DNA of 20,725 nucleotides, from UHGV virus genome UHGV-1517735. The stretch is one strand, 5' to 3'. This stretch comes from a virus. A program made the translations under genes and the position numbers. Shown piece after piece: positions 1 through 7,427 of the stretch. How positions within the stretch are numbered: position 1 is the stretch's first letter; each line of letters begins with the position of its first letter. The notes below the pieces were generated by a model. It was not told the DNA's origin. It saw nothing but the letters and a program-made list of their open reading frames with translations, and did no database searches.

Positions 1-48
1 TTAACAGCTAACTCATAGCAAATCATTCCTATTCAGACACTAACTCAA

Positions 49-79
49 CCCTCTGTTTTTACAGAGGGTTTTTGTTTTT
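49..79 (+). terminator. Rho-independent terminator-like hairpin
   Basis: CCCTCTG (49-55) / CAGAGGG (62-68) stem, 6-nt loop, followed by TTTTTGTTTTT. Confidence 0.5.
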
Positions 80-135
80 ATGTATTCATTTCTATTCACT
101 CTATACCATATTTTTCGGCGGTACAGGTGACGGTA

Positions 136-150
136 TTACCTTAAAGGTAT
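136..150. promoter_or_regulatory. Operator-like palindrome TTACC-TTAAA-GGTAT (9/10 to TTACC-N5-GGTAA) upstream of integrase
   Basis: Matches the recurring intergenic palindrome; lies 43 bp upstream of the int start. Confidence 0.4.
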
Positions 151-192
151 ACTCTCATACCGTCATGAAAATGGTTTCTATACGGGTGAATT

Positions 193-1443
193 GTGCTTAC
201 CGATACAAAATTAAAAAACCTCAAGCCGCAGGACAAACTATACAAAGTCTCCGATCGTGACGGGCTGTATGTAGCTGTGCTTACGTCAGGTACGGTCTCG
301 TTTCGCTATGACTACCGTATCAACGGTCGCCGCGAAACACTGGTAATCGGGCAGTATGGGCGTGACGGTATCAGCCTGGCAGAAGCGCGGGAAGAACTGA
401 TTGCTGCAAAGAAGCTGCTTAAAGCAGGCCAGTCACCGGCTGCGGCTAAACGTGACGGTATCAAAAAGATTCGTGGTGCCGAGACGTTTGCGGTACATAC
501 CGACAGTTATATGAAACACGTCATCCTGGCTGACAGTACCCGCGCAATGAAACAGGCGGTGATCGACCGTGACATACTTCCGGTTCTTGGCAATAAAATG
601 ATGGCTGAAATTACCACATCGATGGTTCGTGATTTGTGTGACCGGATTGTCGAACGCGGTGGCCGGGCAACAGCAGTGCAGGCCAGGGAGATCATCAGTA
701 GCGTATACCGTCACGCCAATGACCGTGGTCATGGTTTGTTTAATCCTGCGGCTGACATTAAACCTTCGTCTATCGCCATATTTAAACCACGAGAGCGAAC
801 ACTGACACCAGAAGAAATTGGCCTGTTCTTCCGCACGCTGGATGCCATTGGTGCTATGGGCACTATGAAAATGGCTTTAAAACTGGTGCTTATCACTATG
901 GTTCGTAAGGGCGAATTCACCAATGCAACGTGGGATGAAATAGATTTTAAAAAATGGACATGGACAATTCCTCCAGACCGCATGAAGGGAAGCCGGGCGC
1001 ACGTTATTTACCTGCCTAAACAGGCACAGGATATATTGGTCGGGTTGCAGATGTGCGCTGGTGGAAGTGAATATCTGGTTCCTGGTCGTTACAATTTCCG
1101 GAAGCCATTATCTAATGCCGCGCTGAACTCTCTGATCGACAGAACGGTGAAAATAATAAATGAAGATGGTGAGCATATTCAGGACTTCACTGTACATGAT
1201 ATGCGCCGTACAGCCAGTACGTTGTTGCATGAGGCTGGTTATCCTTCAGACTGGATTGAAAAGGCTCTGGCACATGAGCAGAAAGGTGTGCGCGCCGTAT
1301 ATAACAAAGCGGAATACGCCAGACAGCGCGCCTACATGTTGCAGCAGTGGGCCGATATGATTGATTCATGGATTGACGGGGAGCATACGGATCTGATTCC
1401 GTTCTCCCCGTCGAAGTTTGAGAAGTGGATGGCGGGGGAATAA
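193..1443 (+). CDS. int: Tyrosine site-specific integrase (P4-type, DUF4102-like N-terminal domain)
   Basis: 416-aa ORF, GTG start; N-terminus MLTDTKLKNLKP..DGLY typical of P4-family integrases; C-terminal HDMRRT (HxxR) and VRAVYNKAEY catalytic Tyr region. Confidence 0.93.
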   Translation: MLTDTKLKNLKPQDKLYKVSDRDGLYVAVLTSGTVSFRYDYRINGRRETLVIGQYGRDGISLAEAREELIAAKKLLKAGQSPAAAKRDGIKKIRGAETFAVHTDSYMKHVILADSTRAMKQAVIDRDILPVLGNKMMAEITTSMVRDLCDRIVERGGRATAVQAREIISSVYRHANDRGHGLFNPAADIKPSSIAIFKPRERTLTPEEIGLFFRTLDAIGAMGTMKMALKLVLITMVRKGEFTNATWDEIDFKKWTWTIPPDRMKGSRAHVIYLPKQAQDILVGLQMCAGGSEYLVPGRYNFRKPLSNAALNSLIDRTVKIINEDGEHIQDFTVHDMRRTASTLLHEAGYPSDWIEKALAHEQKGVRAVYNKAEYARQRAYMLQQWADMIDSWIDGEHTDLIPFSPSKFEKWMAGE

Positions 1444-1637
1444 CGTTTAATAGTTCTGCTGATTTTCTTCCATCTCTGCTTCTGCTGCCAGTGATTCAAT
1501 TTTGTTTTCGAATATTGCTGACAGTGTTGCAAATTCAGCATCAGTGACAGCGGGAATTGGAACAAACCTGATCCCGCTGTGTGCAAGCATGTTTGCAGTT
1601 TCAAGGCATTTTCTTAAATCTGCTGGTGATGCCCTGT

Positions 1638-2288
1638 TCATGCAGCACGCTCCCGCCCCTGGTTGTCTGTTGGTGACAGCGGAGCATTGCTGAATGCATT
1701 TGTTAATCCGCCAATATCCAACGCGTATCCAGGGTGTAGTTGCACTGCCGGGTCTTCGCACTGATTACCCCAAACATCGAAGCCATGAGACGTCTGGCGG
1801 GCGAACAGTTCAATGCGAGAAACATCGCCTAATAATTGCACAAGTTTTTCACGAACGATATCTGGCTTTCTTGAATGCTCAAGCCGCGGTGCGGTAAATG
1901 ACTGAACGATCCCTGCATTAATGCGCGTAGGTAGTTTTCCCTTTACCGCAAACAGGCAATCTTCACTATTGGCGCGAGTCATGTGTCCCATACCCATAAC
2001 CAGTTTATCTGGTTGTCGACTACCACATTTTATCCACGTGAAGCCCTTCATCGTCATCAGACGGAATCCCCAGGCTTCAACAACTTTTAGTGCTTCGAGT
2101 GGTTGTGTTGGCACCCACCACATGGCCAACAGACAGTTTTCATCGGCCAAATCCCACACAGGAAGGCGGCAGATATCCAGCACACTCATAACCGGATATT
2201 TAAAACCGGCACCGCGATTACCATCTGCGGCTTTGTCCCGGTATACCCAGGGTGGATCTGCATAGATTAGTGTGTATTTCTTAGTCAT
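1638..2288 (-). CDS. MT-A70 family N6-adenine DNA methyltransferase (orphan, no cognate nuclease seen)
   Basis: 216-aa ORF; IYADPPW catalytic motif near N-terminus and EHSRKP motif; start overlaps upstream gene stop. Confidence 0.85.
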   Translation of the reverse strand: MTKKYTLIYADPPWVYRDKAADGNRGAGFKYPVMSVLDICRLPVWDLADENCLLAMWWVPTQPLEALKVVEAWGFRLMTMKGFTWIKCGSRQPDKLVMGMGHMTRANSEDCLFAVKGKLPTRINAGIVQSFTAPRLEHSRKPDIVREKLVQLLGDVSRIELFARQTSHGFDVWGNQCEDPAVQLHPGYALDIGGLTNAFSNAPLSPTDNQGRERAA

Positions 2289-2580
2289 AAACCACCCCGC
2301 AACATCCTATACCGCTATAGTCTCCACGGCGAAGGCCGTTACCTTTTGTGATACATTGGTCCCTGCGAACCGCGATCCTTGCACGCTCAACATCACCAGA
2401 AGCAACATCCATACACTGAAGCCAAAGGTGAGCGGCAATGCGGAACTGCCCTTTTTTCTCTCTTTCAATCGCGCGTTTTTCGATCTCTATCGCCGCAGGA
2501 GTAACGGCGACAATCTTTGACGGACTGCGCATTGAAACCTTATTCATGTGATATTTTTCAAGTCGGCTTAACTTTCTCAC
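2281..2580 (-). CDS. Hypothetical protein (99 aa)
   Basis: ORF with GTG start preceded by AGAGAGGG; stop overlaps the methyltransferase start by 8 nt; no recognisable domain. Confidence 0.5.
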   Translation of the reverse strand: MRKLSRLEKYHMNKVSMRSPSKIVAVTPAAIEIEKRAIEREKKGQFRIAAHLWLQCMDVASGDVERARIAVRRDQCITKGNGLRRGDYSGIGCCGVVYD

Positions 2581-2693
2581 TTAATCCAACCCTCTCTGAA
2601 AATTAATGCCAGCAGATAAAGCCATGCTGAAACAGAGGCCAGGAATAAGTACCATCCTGACCATTTGATCCAGTGCCTTAGCAGCGCACTCAT
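2577..2693 (-). CDS. Small hydrophobic peptide (38 aa, single predicted transmembrane helix)
   Basis: Hand-translated, below ORF-track cutoff: MSALLRHWIKWSGWYLFLASVSAWLYLLALIFREGWIK; ATG overlaps the excisionase stop (ATGA) and its TGA overlaps the GTG start of the next gene (GTGA). Confidence 0.4.
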   Translation of the reverse strand: MSALLRHWIKWSGWYLFLASVSAWLYLLALIFREGWIK

Positions 2694-2938
2694 GCAGCGT
2701 TGCTCACGGGACGATATACACGTTGCTGAACAGGAGGTTTTTTACCCTGGAACTCTGCCGGGCTTGCTGCCTGACGTTCATCAAGCCAACGCTCAACTTC
2801 GTCACGGTTCCATGCGCAGCGTTTGTCAGTGATATACCAGCGTTTAGGAAATTCCCCTGCGCGCTCCATACGGTCGATAGTGCTCCATGACAGTGGCACC
2901 ACCGCCAGGAGTTCCTTCTTACCTAATGCACCTTTCAT
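2690..2938 (-). CDS. AlpA/Xis-family excisionase or DNA-binding regulator
   Basis: 82-aa ORF; LSWSTIDRMERAGEFPKRWYI...CAWNRDEVERWL fits the AlpA/Xis HTH pattern; RBS AGAGAGG; sits between int and the recombination genes. Confidence 0.75.
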   Translation of the reverse strand: MKGALGKKELLAVVPLSWSTIDRMERAGEFPKRWYITDKRCAWNRDEVERWLDERQAASPAEFQGKKPPVQQRVYRPVSNAA

Positions 2939-2987
2939 AAATACCTCTCTTGGTTGCAGTGCGGCGCGTGTGGCACCGCGGTGGTGG

Positions 2988-3869
2988 TTACATAGATGTT
3001 TCGTTTAATTCTTCCCGACGAACGCTGTAAACGTCGGTGGCTTTTGCCAGCAGTTCGTCATCATCTGAAAGTTTTTGTGCAATGTATTTGTAAGCCTTAT
3101 CCAGTTCGGAGACGGTGCTGTAATTCATCGCTGCGCTGGTAAAGGCCATCAGCATTTCTTCTGGATCACGGCTATCCGCTTTACGCGTTTGCTCATCATG
3201 CTTTTTCACTGGTTTAGCGTTGATCAGACTGTTCATTCCCGCAGCAGTAGTCGTTTGCGGAGTAATGTCTCGCTCAACGCGCGGTGCCGTTTCCTGTAAT
3301 TCGTCAGGGGTGTAAACACCGAGAAGCACATCAGGAGCGTGCAGGCGAGCCCATCGTTTCGTGCAAAGATAGGCAAGCTGCTGGCGCGGATCCTGTTCCC
3401 ACAATGGAGAGTTACGCACTCCGGCTTGCGCCATACTGATGGTAAGCTCACGGGGTTCTGCTTCTCCTTTAAGAACTGCTGACACAGTTACCGTCAGATT
3501 CGGTGATTTATCTGTTTTGCCGTTAACATTCGACCAGTCACCGCTCCAGCGATAATTCAGGCGTGTCGCTAGCAGGCTGGAAGAGGATACGACCGCGTTT
3601 ACCAACTGTGCTTCGTAGCCTAACGTTCCGTTTACCACATGCGTTTTCTGCGCCACGGCGAAAGGGTTCATTCCCCACTGTGCCGCCTGCATGGTCACCG
3701 CCAGACAATCGGCAGGTTTGCCTTCAAGATGTTTCGGTACAGTCGCTTTGCTTTGTGACATCAACTCCGCGAAACGCACCAGTTGATTCATGCCCTCCGG
3801 GCTGAAGATTGCCGCAGCAGTACCTACAGTTGCGCCTGGTTGTGATGTGATTGCGATATCATTGCTCAT
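2988..3869 (-). CDS. recT: RecT-family single-strand annealing recombinase
   Basis: 293-aa ORF; RecT-like core; ERDITP segment resembles phage annealing proteins; 4-nt overlap (ATGA) with the upstream exonuclease gene. Confidence 0.8.
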   Translation of the reverse strand: MSNDIAITSQPGATVGTAAAIFSPEGMNQLVRFAELMSQSKATVPKHLEGKPADCLAVTMQAAQWGMNPFAVAQKTHVVNGTLGYEAQLVNAVVSSSSLLATRLNYRWSGDWSNVNGKTDKSPNLTVTVSAVLKGEAEPRELTISMAQAGVRNSPLWEQDPRQQLAYLCTKRWARLHAPDVLLGVYTPDELQETAPRVERDITPQTTTAAGMNSLINAKPVKKHDEQTRKADSRDPEEMLMAFTSAAMNYSTVSELDKAYKYIAQKLSDDDELLAKATDVYSVRREELNETSM

Positions 3870-4687
3870 ACGTACATATCCTGTTTACGTGCCCAGTCAG
3901 GGCGTTTAATAATTTCCACGCCGCCCCATTCATCGTTGATGCGGCATTCGTGATAGGTATTCAGATCCCGGCGGAACAGAGCGTGCCCGGCATCGACATC
4001 CGGCGCATCCAGCTCGAACACGCGTACCGGATACCGACCACAATCAATGCTTTCGCTCACGGCAAGAAAGAAAAAACCATGCGACTGACCAGTAACCCTC
4101 ATCGCTCCTTCGCGGTACATTGCGTCCTGCACGTGGTAGCGGAATTCCTCGATGTGGCGTGCAAAACGATCCATATCTGCAACCTTTTTCACGTCGACGA
4201 TCACGTTGTGCTCGTTCAGCCATTTGTCTGGACGAATGCGGCACAACTCACCAGTCTCTTCATCATTCCAGTACATTGATGCTTCGCAGTAACCAGGTGC
4301 TTCCAGCATCCAGCGTGCCGCCGGGTGAGCCATTGCGCTATCACGCATCAGCTCCAGTTTCCGCCACTGCTCGGCATCAAGTACCGTAATCCCCATATCC
4401 GCTACATCACGAAGAAATGCTTCTTCGTCAGCTTTACCTTGTTTCGTCCGACGATCGAACTTCGGTGAAACAATGAAGCGTTTGTCGAATTCTCCAGGCT
4501 CCAGAAGCAGACAGTGCAATGCGGTTCCCATATCCAGTGCAGACTTTTTCTCTTCGTCTTCTGGTGCTGCCTGAACCCATTTAAGAAGCGCCGGATTCTT
4601 GGCAACCATGTCCAGTTGCGACTTACTCACGCCGTCACCGGCGTGGTAGTCTTCGTTGCTGATGTCGAAATAAATTCCCGGTTTCAT
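3866..4687 (-). CDS. PD-(D/E)XK exonuclease, RecE / exodeoxyribonuclease VIII-like partner of RecT
   Basis: 273-aa ORF; RIRPDKW...IVDVKKV matches the PD-(D/E)XK D..(D/E)xK arrangement; N-terminus GIYFDISNEDYH typical of the family; directly upstream of recT. Confidence 0.75.
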   Translation of the reverse strand: MKPGIYFDISNEDYHAGDGVSKSQLDMVAKNPALLKWVQAAPEDEEKKSALDMGTALHCLLLEPGEFDKRFIVSPKFDRRTKQGKADEEAFLRDVADMGITVLDAEQWRKLELMRDSAMAHPAARWMLEAPGYCEASMYWNDEETGELCRIRPDKWLNEHNVIVDVKKVADMDRFARHIEEFRYHVQDAMYREGAMRVTGQSHGFFFLAVSESIDCGRYPVRVFELDAPDVDAGHALFRRDLNTYHECRINDEWGGVEIIKRPDWARKQDMYV

Positions 4688-4983
4688 GCCGCGTCCCTCT
4701 GCCCATCAAGCTGATCCGCCAGATCCCAGCGGGCGATAATTGCCATTGCCTCGCGCCGGTAGGAATCCATCAGTTCTTCGAACTCAGGGCTGTCTTTAGC
4801 AGCCTCCAGCACTTCCTGACGAACGCCTTTGCCTGTTACAACGTCGAAAGTTGAGGACAGTTGATGAAGTCGGATGCTCTCAATCAGTTCAACTTGTCGG
4901 TCATATAGCTGTTCTGACAGGCGGTAGTCCTTGTCGAATGCCAGCATGATTTTTTGAAGATTTTTCTGCTGATTAACGTTCAT
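4684..4983 (-). CDS. Hypothetical protein (99 aa) upstream of the exonuclease
   Basis: ORF with ATG at 4983 preceded by GGGAGGG; overlaps the exonuclease start (ATGA); no recognisable domain. Confidence 0.6.
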   Translation of the reverse strand: MNVNQQKNLQKIMLAFDKDYRLSEQLYDRQVELIESIRLHQLSSTFDVVTGKGVRQEVLEAAKDSPEFEELMDSYRREAMAIIARWDLADQLDGQRDAA

Positions 4984-4985
4984 TA

Positions 4986-5138
4986 TCAGCCCTCCCATAT
5001 CTCGTTATCGTTGGCCACATCGCGAGCTTCTTTGCTGACGAAAGCCCACTTAATGCCTTCCTGTAAGGTGCGGAACTTCCAGCTCATGAATCCGCATGCA
5101 GTAACGCAGTACCAACCGTTGATGATTTTCCACTGCAT
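4986..5138 (-). CDS. Small hypothetical protein (50 aa), first gene of the leftward operon
   Basis: Hand-translated, below ORF-track cutoff: MQWKIINGWYCVTACGFMSWKFRTLQEGIKWAFVSKEARDVANDNEIWEG; its stop is 2 nt from the next start. Confidence 0.35.
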   Translation of the reverse strand: MQWKIINGWYCVTACGFMSWKFRTLQEGIKWAFVSKEARDVANDNEIWEG

Positions 5139-5157
5139 AACTTGTTACCTCGGTCTG

Positions 5158-5234
5158 TTACCGTTGAGGTAATAATTATGCGTATTTGGTTTGATGTCAA
5201 TAGATATGAGTTAAAAAAATTACCCATTAGGTAA
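5158..5234 (-). promoter_or_regulatory. PL-like leftward early promoter with two flanking operators
   Basis: Operators TTACC-GTTGA-GGTAA (5158-5172) and TTACC-CATTA-GGTAA (5220-5234); minus-strand -35 TTGACA at 5195-5200; AT-rich -10 region around 5172-5180. Confidence 0.55.
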
Positions 5235-5243
5235 TAGTATAGG

Positions 5244-5270
5244 CAATAAAAAAGCCGCCAGAAGGCGGCT
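5244..5270 (-). terminator. Rho-independent terminator downstream of the repressor gene
   Basis: AGCCGCC / GGCGGCT stem with AGAA loop, followed on the minus strand by TTTTTTATT. Confidence 0.6.
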
Positions 5271-5291
5271 TACTTACTGAAAAATATGATT

Positions 5292-5876
5292 TTATTGTTT
5301 GTTTTTTTCGTTCTGGTTGATGACAAATTCAATGTAACTTTCGATCTTTGCTTTCTCAGTTTCGGGTAACAATGCGTAGCGCGAGCGGTCATAGTTGATG
5401 GTCGCAGGGTCGTGCGGGTGAATCAGTAATTCATAGCCGTGACGCCCGAATGCGGATGCAACATTCTCCAGGGTGGAAATGGAAACGCTGACCTCATTGT
5501 TTAACAGGCGGCTGATTGTCACCTGGGCGACGCCGGATGCGCGGTGAAGTTTTCCCTGTGTTGAAAGGTCGCGGCTTTCGCTCATCCAGCGTTCCAGGTT
5601 GTGAGCCGCCAGCTGACCTATATCGCTCGGGCCGACAGGCTGAAAACCTTCCTGAGAAAGCGAGCGATCGATATCAAGCCAGTTACGTGGTTTATTGGCG
5701 GCAGCTTCAATTTTTCGCGCAACCTGGTCGCCGATAACCTTCTTGCCAAGAGCCCAGCGGTTTACCAGATTTGCCTGAGTTCCAAGTTTTTCTGCCATCC
5801 GCGTCTGAACACCATTGAATTCACGGTCGATCAAGTCGTTGAGATTTTGCCTGCGGACGTCCTGGATACTTTTCAT
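5292..5876 (-). CDS. CI-like prophage repressor with two HTH domains and no LexA-like peptidase domain
   Basis: 194-aa ORF divergent from the Cro-like gene; N-terminal HTH (QTRMAEKLGTQANLVNRWALGKK) and a second HTH-like segment (SGVAQVTISRLLNNEVSVSISTLENVASAFG); no S24 peptidase signature. Confidence 0.8.
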   Translation of the reverse strand: MKSIQDVRRQNLNDLIDREFNGVQTRMAEKLGTQANLVNRWALGKKVIGDQVARKIEAAANKPRNWLDIDRSLSQEGFQPVGPSDIGQLAAHNLERWMSESRDLSTQGKLHRASGVAQVTISRLLNNEVSVSISTLENVASAFGRHGYELLIHPHDPATINYDRSRYALLPETEKAKIESYIEFVINQNEKNKQ

Positions 5877-5931
5877 TTTCTGGAAAATCGCCTCATATAT
5901 GAATCAGTAGATGATTCAATTTAAAGCAATA

Positions 5932-6005
5932 TTACCCAACAGGTAAATGCACCTCATAGGTAACTATCCTTGATTTTTGTTACCTTATGGGTGAATATTT
6001 ATTAT
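5932..6005. promoter_or_regulatory. OR-like operator cluster (three sites) with PR-like promoter
   Basis: TTACC-CAACA-GGTAA (5932-5946), GCACC-TCATA-GGTAA (5949-5963), TTACC-TTATG-GGTGA (5980-5994); -35 TTGTTA (5977-5982), 17-bp spacer, -10 TATTAT (6000-6005) so the third operator sits inside the promoter. Confidence 0.6.
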
Positions 6006-6030
6006 CTGAAATAAATATCAGGCAATAGCT

Positions 6031-6261
6031 ATGAGCGATAACGGACATTTCGATTTCAAAAAGCACTGGCTTGCACTTACTCCGGATGAGCGTGAAGCCT
6101 TCGCACAGGAAGCCGGAACGACGAGTCACTATATCCAGACTCACTTAACAGGTAAGCGCAAAATGCCAGGTAAAGTATTGATGAATGGGCTTTTTAAAGC
6201 CTGTAAAACAAGACAATGGCTGCGCTCAAAAGCAGAACTGGCATACTTCTTCTACTCATGA
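6031..6261 (+). CDS. Cro-like HTH regulator
   Basis: 76-aa ORF divergent from the repressor; HTH-like segment EAFAQEAGTTSHYIQTHLTGKRKMP. Confidence 0.65.
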   Translation: MSDNGHFDFKKHWLALTPDEREAFAQEAGTTSHYIQTHLTGKRKMPGKVLMNGLFKACKTRQWLRSKAELAYFFYS

Positions 6262-6282
6262 TATCCAGCTACAACCCTCTGT

Positions 6283-6307
6283 AGACCGCCACCCGGCGGT
6301 CTTTTCA
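6283..6307 (+). terminator. Rho-independent terminator after the Cro-like gene (tR1-like position)
   Basis: 8-bp stem AGACCGCC / GGCGGTCT with ACCC loop, followed by TTTCAT. Confidence 0.65.
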
Positions 6308-6316
6308 TATCTATTC

Positions 6317-6331
6317 GTACCTCAAAGGTAA
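6317..6331. promoter_or_regulatory. Operator-like palindrome GTACC-TCAAA-GGTAA (9/10)
   Basis: Immediately downstream of the post-cro terminator, upstream of the replication genes. Confidence 0.4.
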
Positions 6332-6409
6332 TAAAAAACCAAATCTGGTTGATCAAATTTTCCAATTGTGCAAAATAGCCAATATCAATAACAAAAAGGG
6401 GCGGAAAAA

Positions 6410-6622
6410 TTGAAGATAGTAACCAGAATGGAGGCCGCAAAAGCCGGGTTAAATCGCTATTTCACAGGAAAGCGGTGCCGTCACGGCCATCTCTCTGAAA
6501 GGTATGTTCTGAACGGAACATGTGTTGAATGTGCAATGAATAGCGCCAACCGCCATCGTAATGAATTTGCTTGTGCACTAAAGAGTGCAAGAGGGGAAAC
6601 CTATGGCAAGCAGCTGGATTAA
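6410..6622 (+). CDS. Hypothetical Cys/His-rich small protein (cII position); start uncertain (TTG 6410 or ATG 6428)
   Basis: 70-aa ORF; CRHGH...CVEC...C pattern; AAGGGG upstream of the TTG; overlaps the replication gene start; no similarity to lambda CII noticed. Confidence 0.45.
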   Translation: MKIVTRMEAAKAGLNRYFTGKRCRHGHLSERYVLNGTCVECAMNSANRHRNEFACALKSARGETYGKQLD

Positions 6623-7427
6623 GGTTGAAGTTATCACTCCTGATAAACCTGAAATTTTTCAGATAGCAGAAATTCTGGGTATTGATCCAGATGCTGTTCT
6701 TGGAAAGCTGGTTCGTATATGGGCATGGGCTGACCAGCAAACAATAGACGGTAACGCTGGTAGCGTTACAAAAGGAGTACTTGATAGACTCGCTTTTATT
6801 ACAGGATTTGCTGACGCCCTCATTAGCGTCGGATGGCTTGCTTATCATGACGGCAAACTAATTCTTCCAAACTTTGAGCGACATAATGGAGAATCATCGA
6901 AAAAACGTGCACTTACGAATAGAAGAGTGGCAGAGCATCGAAAACGAGTAACGCAAAAAGTAACGCCAACAGCGTTACAAAAGGAGTTACCAGAGGAAGA
7001 GGAAGATATATATAAAACCCCACACATAGCGCACGTGCGCGAGGGTGCTCCGACCAGTGAAGCGAACAGTACGCCGTTGCAGGTGGCAGAACCTGAATTT
7101 CTGGATGGCCTGAGTGAACCCATCGGGAAATTTCCGATGACAGATGGCTGGCTACCGTCGCCAGATTTTCGGCGGCGTGCTGCGCTGTGGGGAACGGCCC
7201 TGCCGGAACCGGAATTTACACCTGCTGAACTTGCTGCATTCCGGGATTACTGGATGGCTGAGGGCAAAGTGTTCACGCAGGTTCAGTGGGAACAAAAATT
7301 CGCCAGGCACGTAAATCATATCAGGGGAAAATCAAAAAATGCCGGGAAAAGCGATGAGCTTGACTGGAATAACACTGACTGGATAGAAGGGGTGTGGGAT
7401 GAAATCAACTCCAGAACTTCTCAATGA
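6603..7427 (+). CDS. Replication initiation / replisome organiser protein with C-terminal DnaT-like domain
   Basis: ATG at 6603 with RBS GAGGGG; C-terminal GKFPMTDGWLPSPDFRRRAALWGTALPEPEFTPAELAAFRDYWMAEGKVFTQVQWEQKFARH closely parallels the E. coli DnaT C-terminus; iteron-like repeats inside the gene. Confidence 0.8.
   Translation: MASSWIKVEVITPDKPEIFQIAEILGIDPDAVLGKLVRIWAWADQQTIDGNAGSVTKGVLDRLAFITGFADALISVGWLAYHDGKLILPNFERHNGESSKKRALTNRRVAEHRKRVTQKVTPTALQKELPEEEEDIYKTPHIAHVREGAPTSEANSTPLQVAEPEFLDGLSEPIGKFPMTDGWLPSPDFRRRAALWGTALPEPEFTPAELAAFRDYWMAEGKVFTQVQWEQKFARHVNHIRGKSKNAGKSDELDWNNTDWIEGVWDEINSRTSQ
6748..7040. repeat. Putative replication origin: duplicated iteron-like element inside the initiator gene
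   Basis: GTAACGC-N5-GCGTTAC-AAAAGGAGT at 6751-6780 and 6960-6990; extra GTAACGC at 6948-6954; AT-rich GATATATATAAAA and 12-bp palindrome GCGCACGTGCGC (7029-7040) follow. Confidence 0.45.

Noticed and set aside
72-260. 62-aa plus-strand ORF upstream of and overlapping int
   Set aside because: Spans the int promoter and operator region, overlaps the int start in another frame, has no RBS and low-complexity sequence; likely non-coding.
1447-1761. 104-aa minus-strand ORF, or a 47-aa version starting at 1590, between int and the methyltransferase
   Set aside because: The long form overlaps the methyltransferase 3' end out of frame; the short form has no RBS. Kept only as a low-probability small ORF.
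5145-5149. Isolated TTACC half-site next to the 5158-5172 operator
   Set aside because: No partner GGTAA at the correct spacing; probably not an independent operator.
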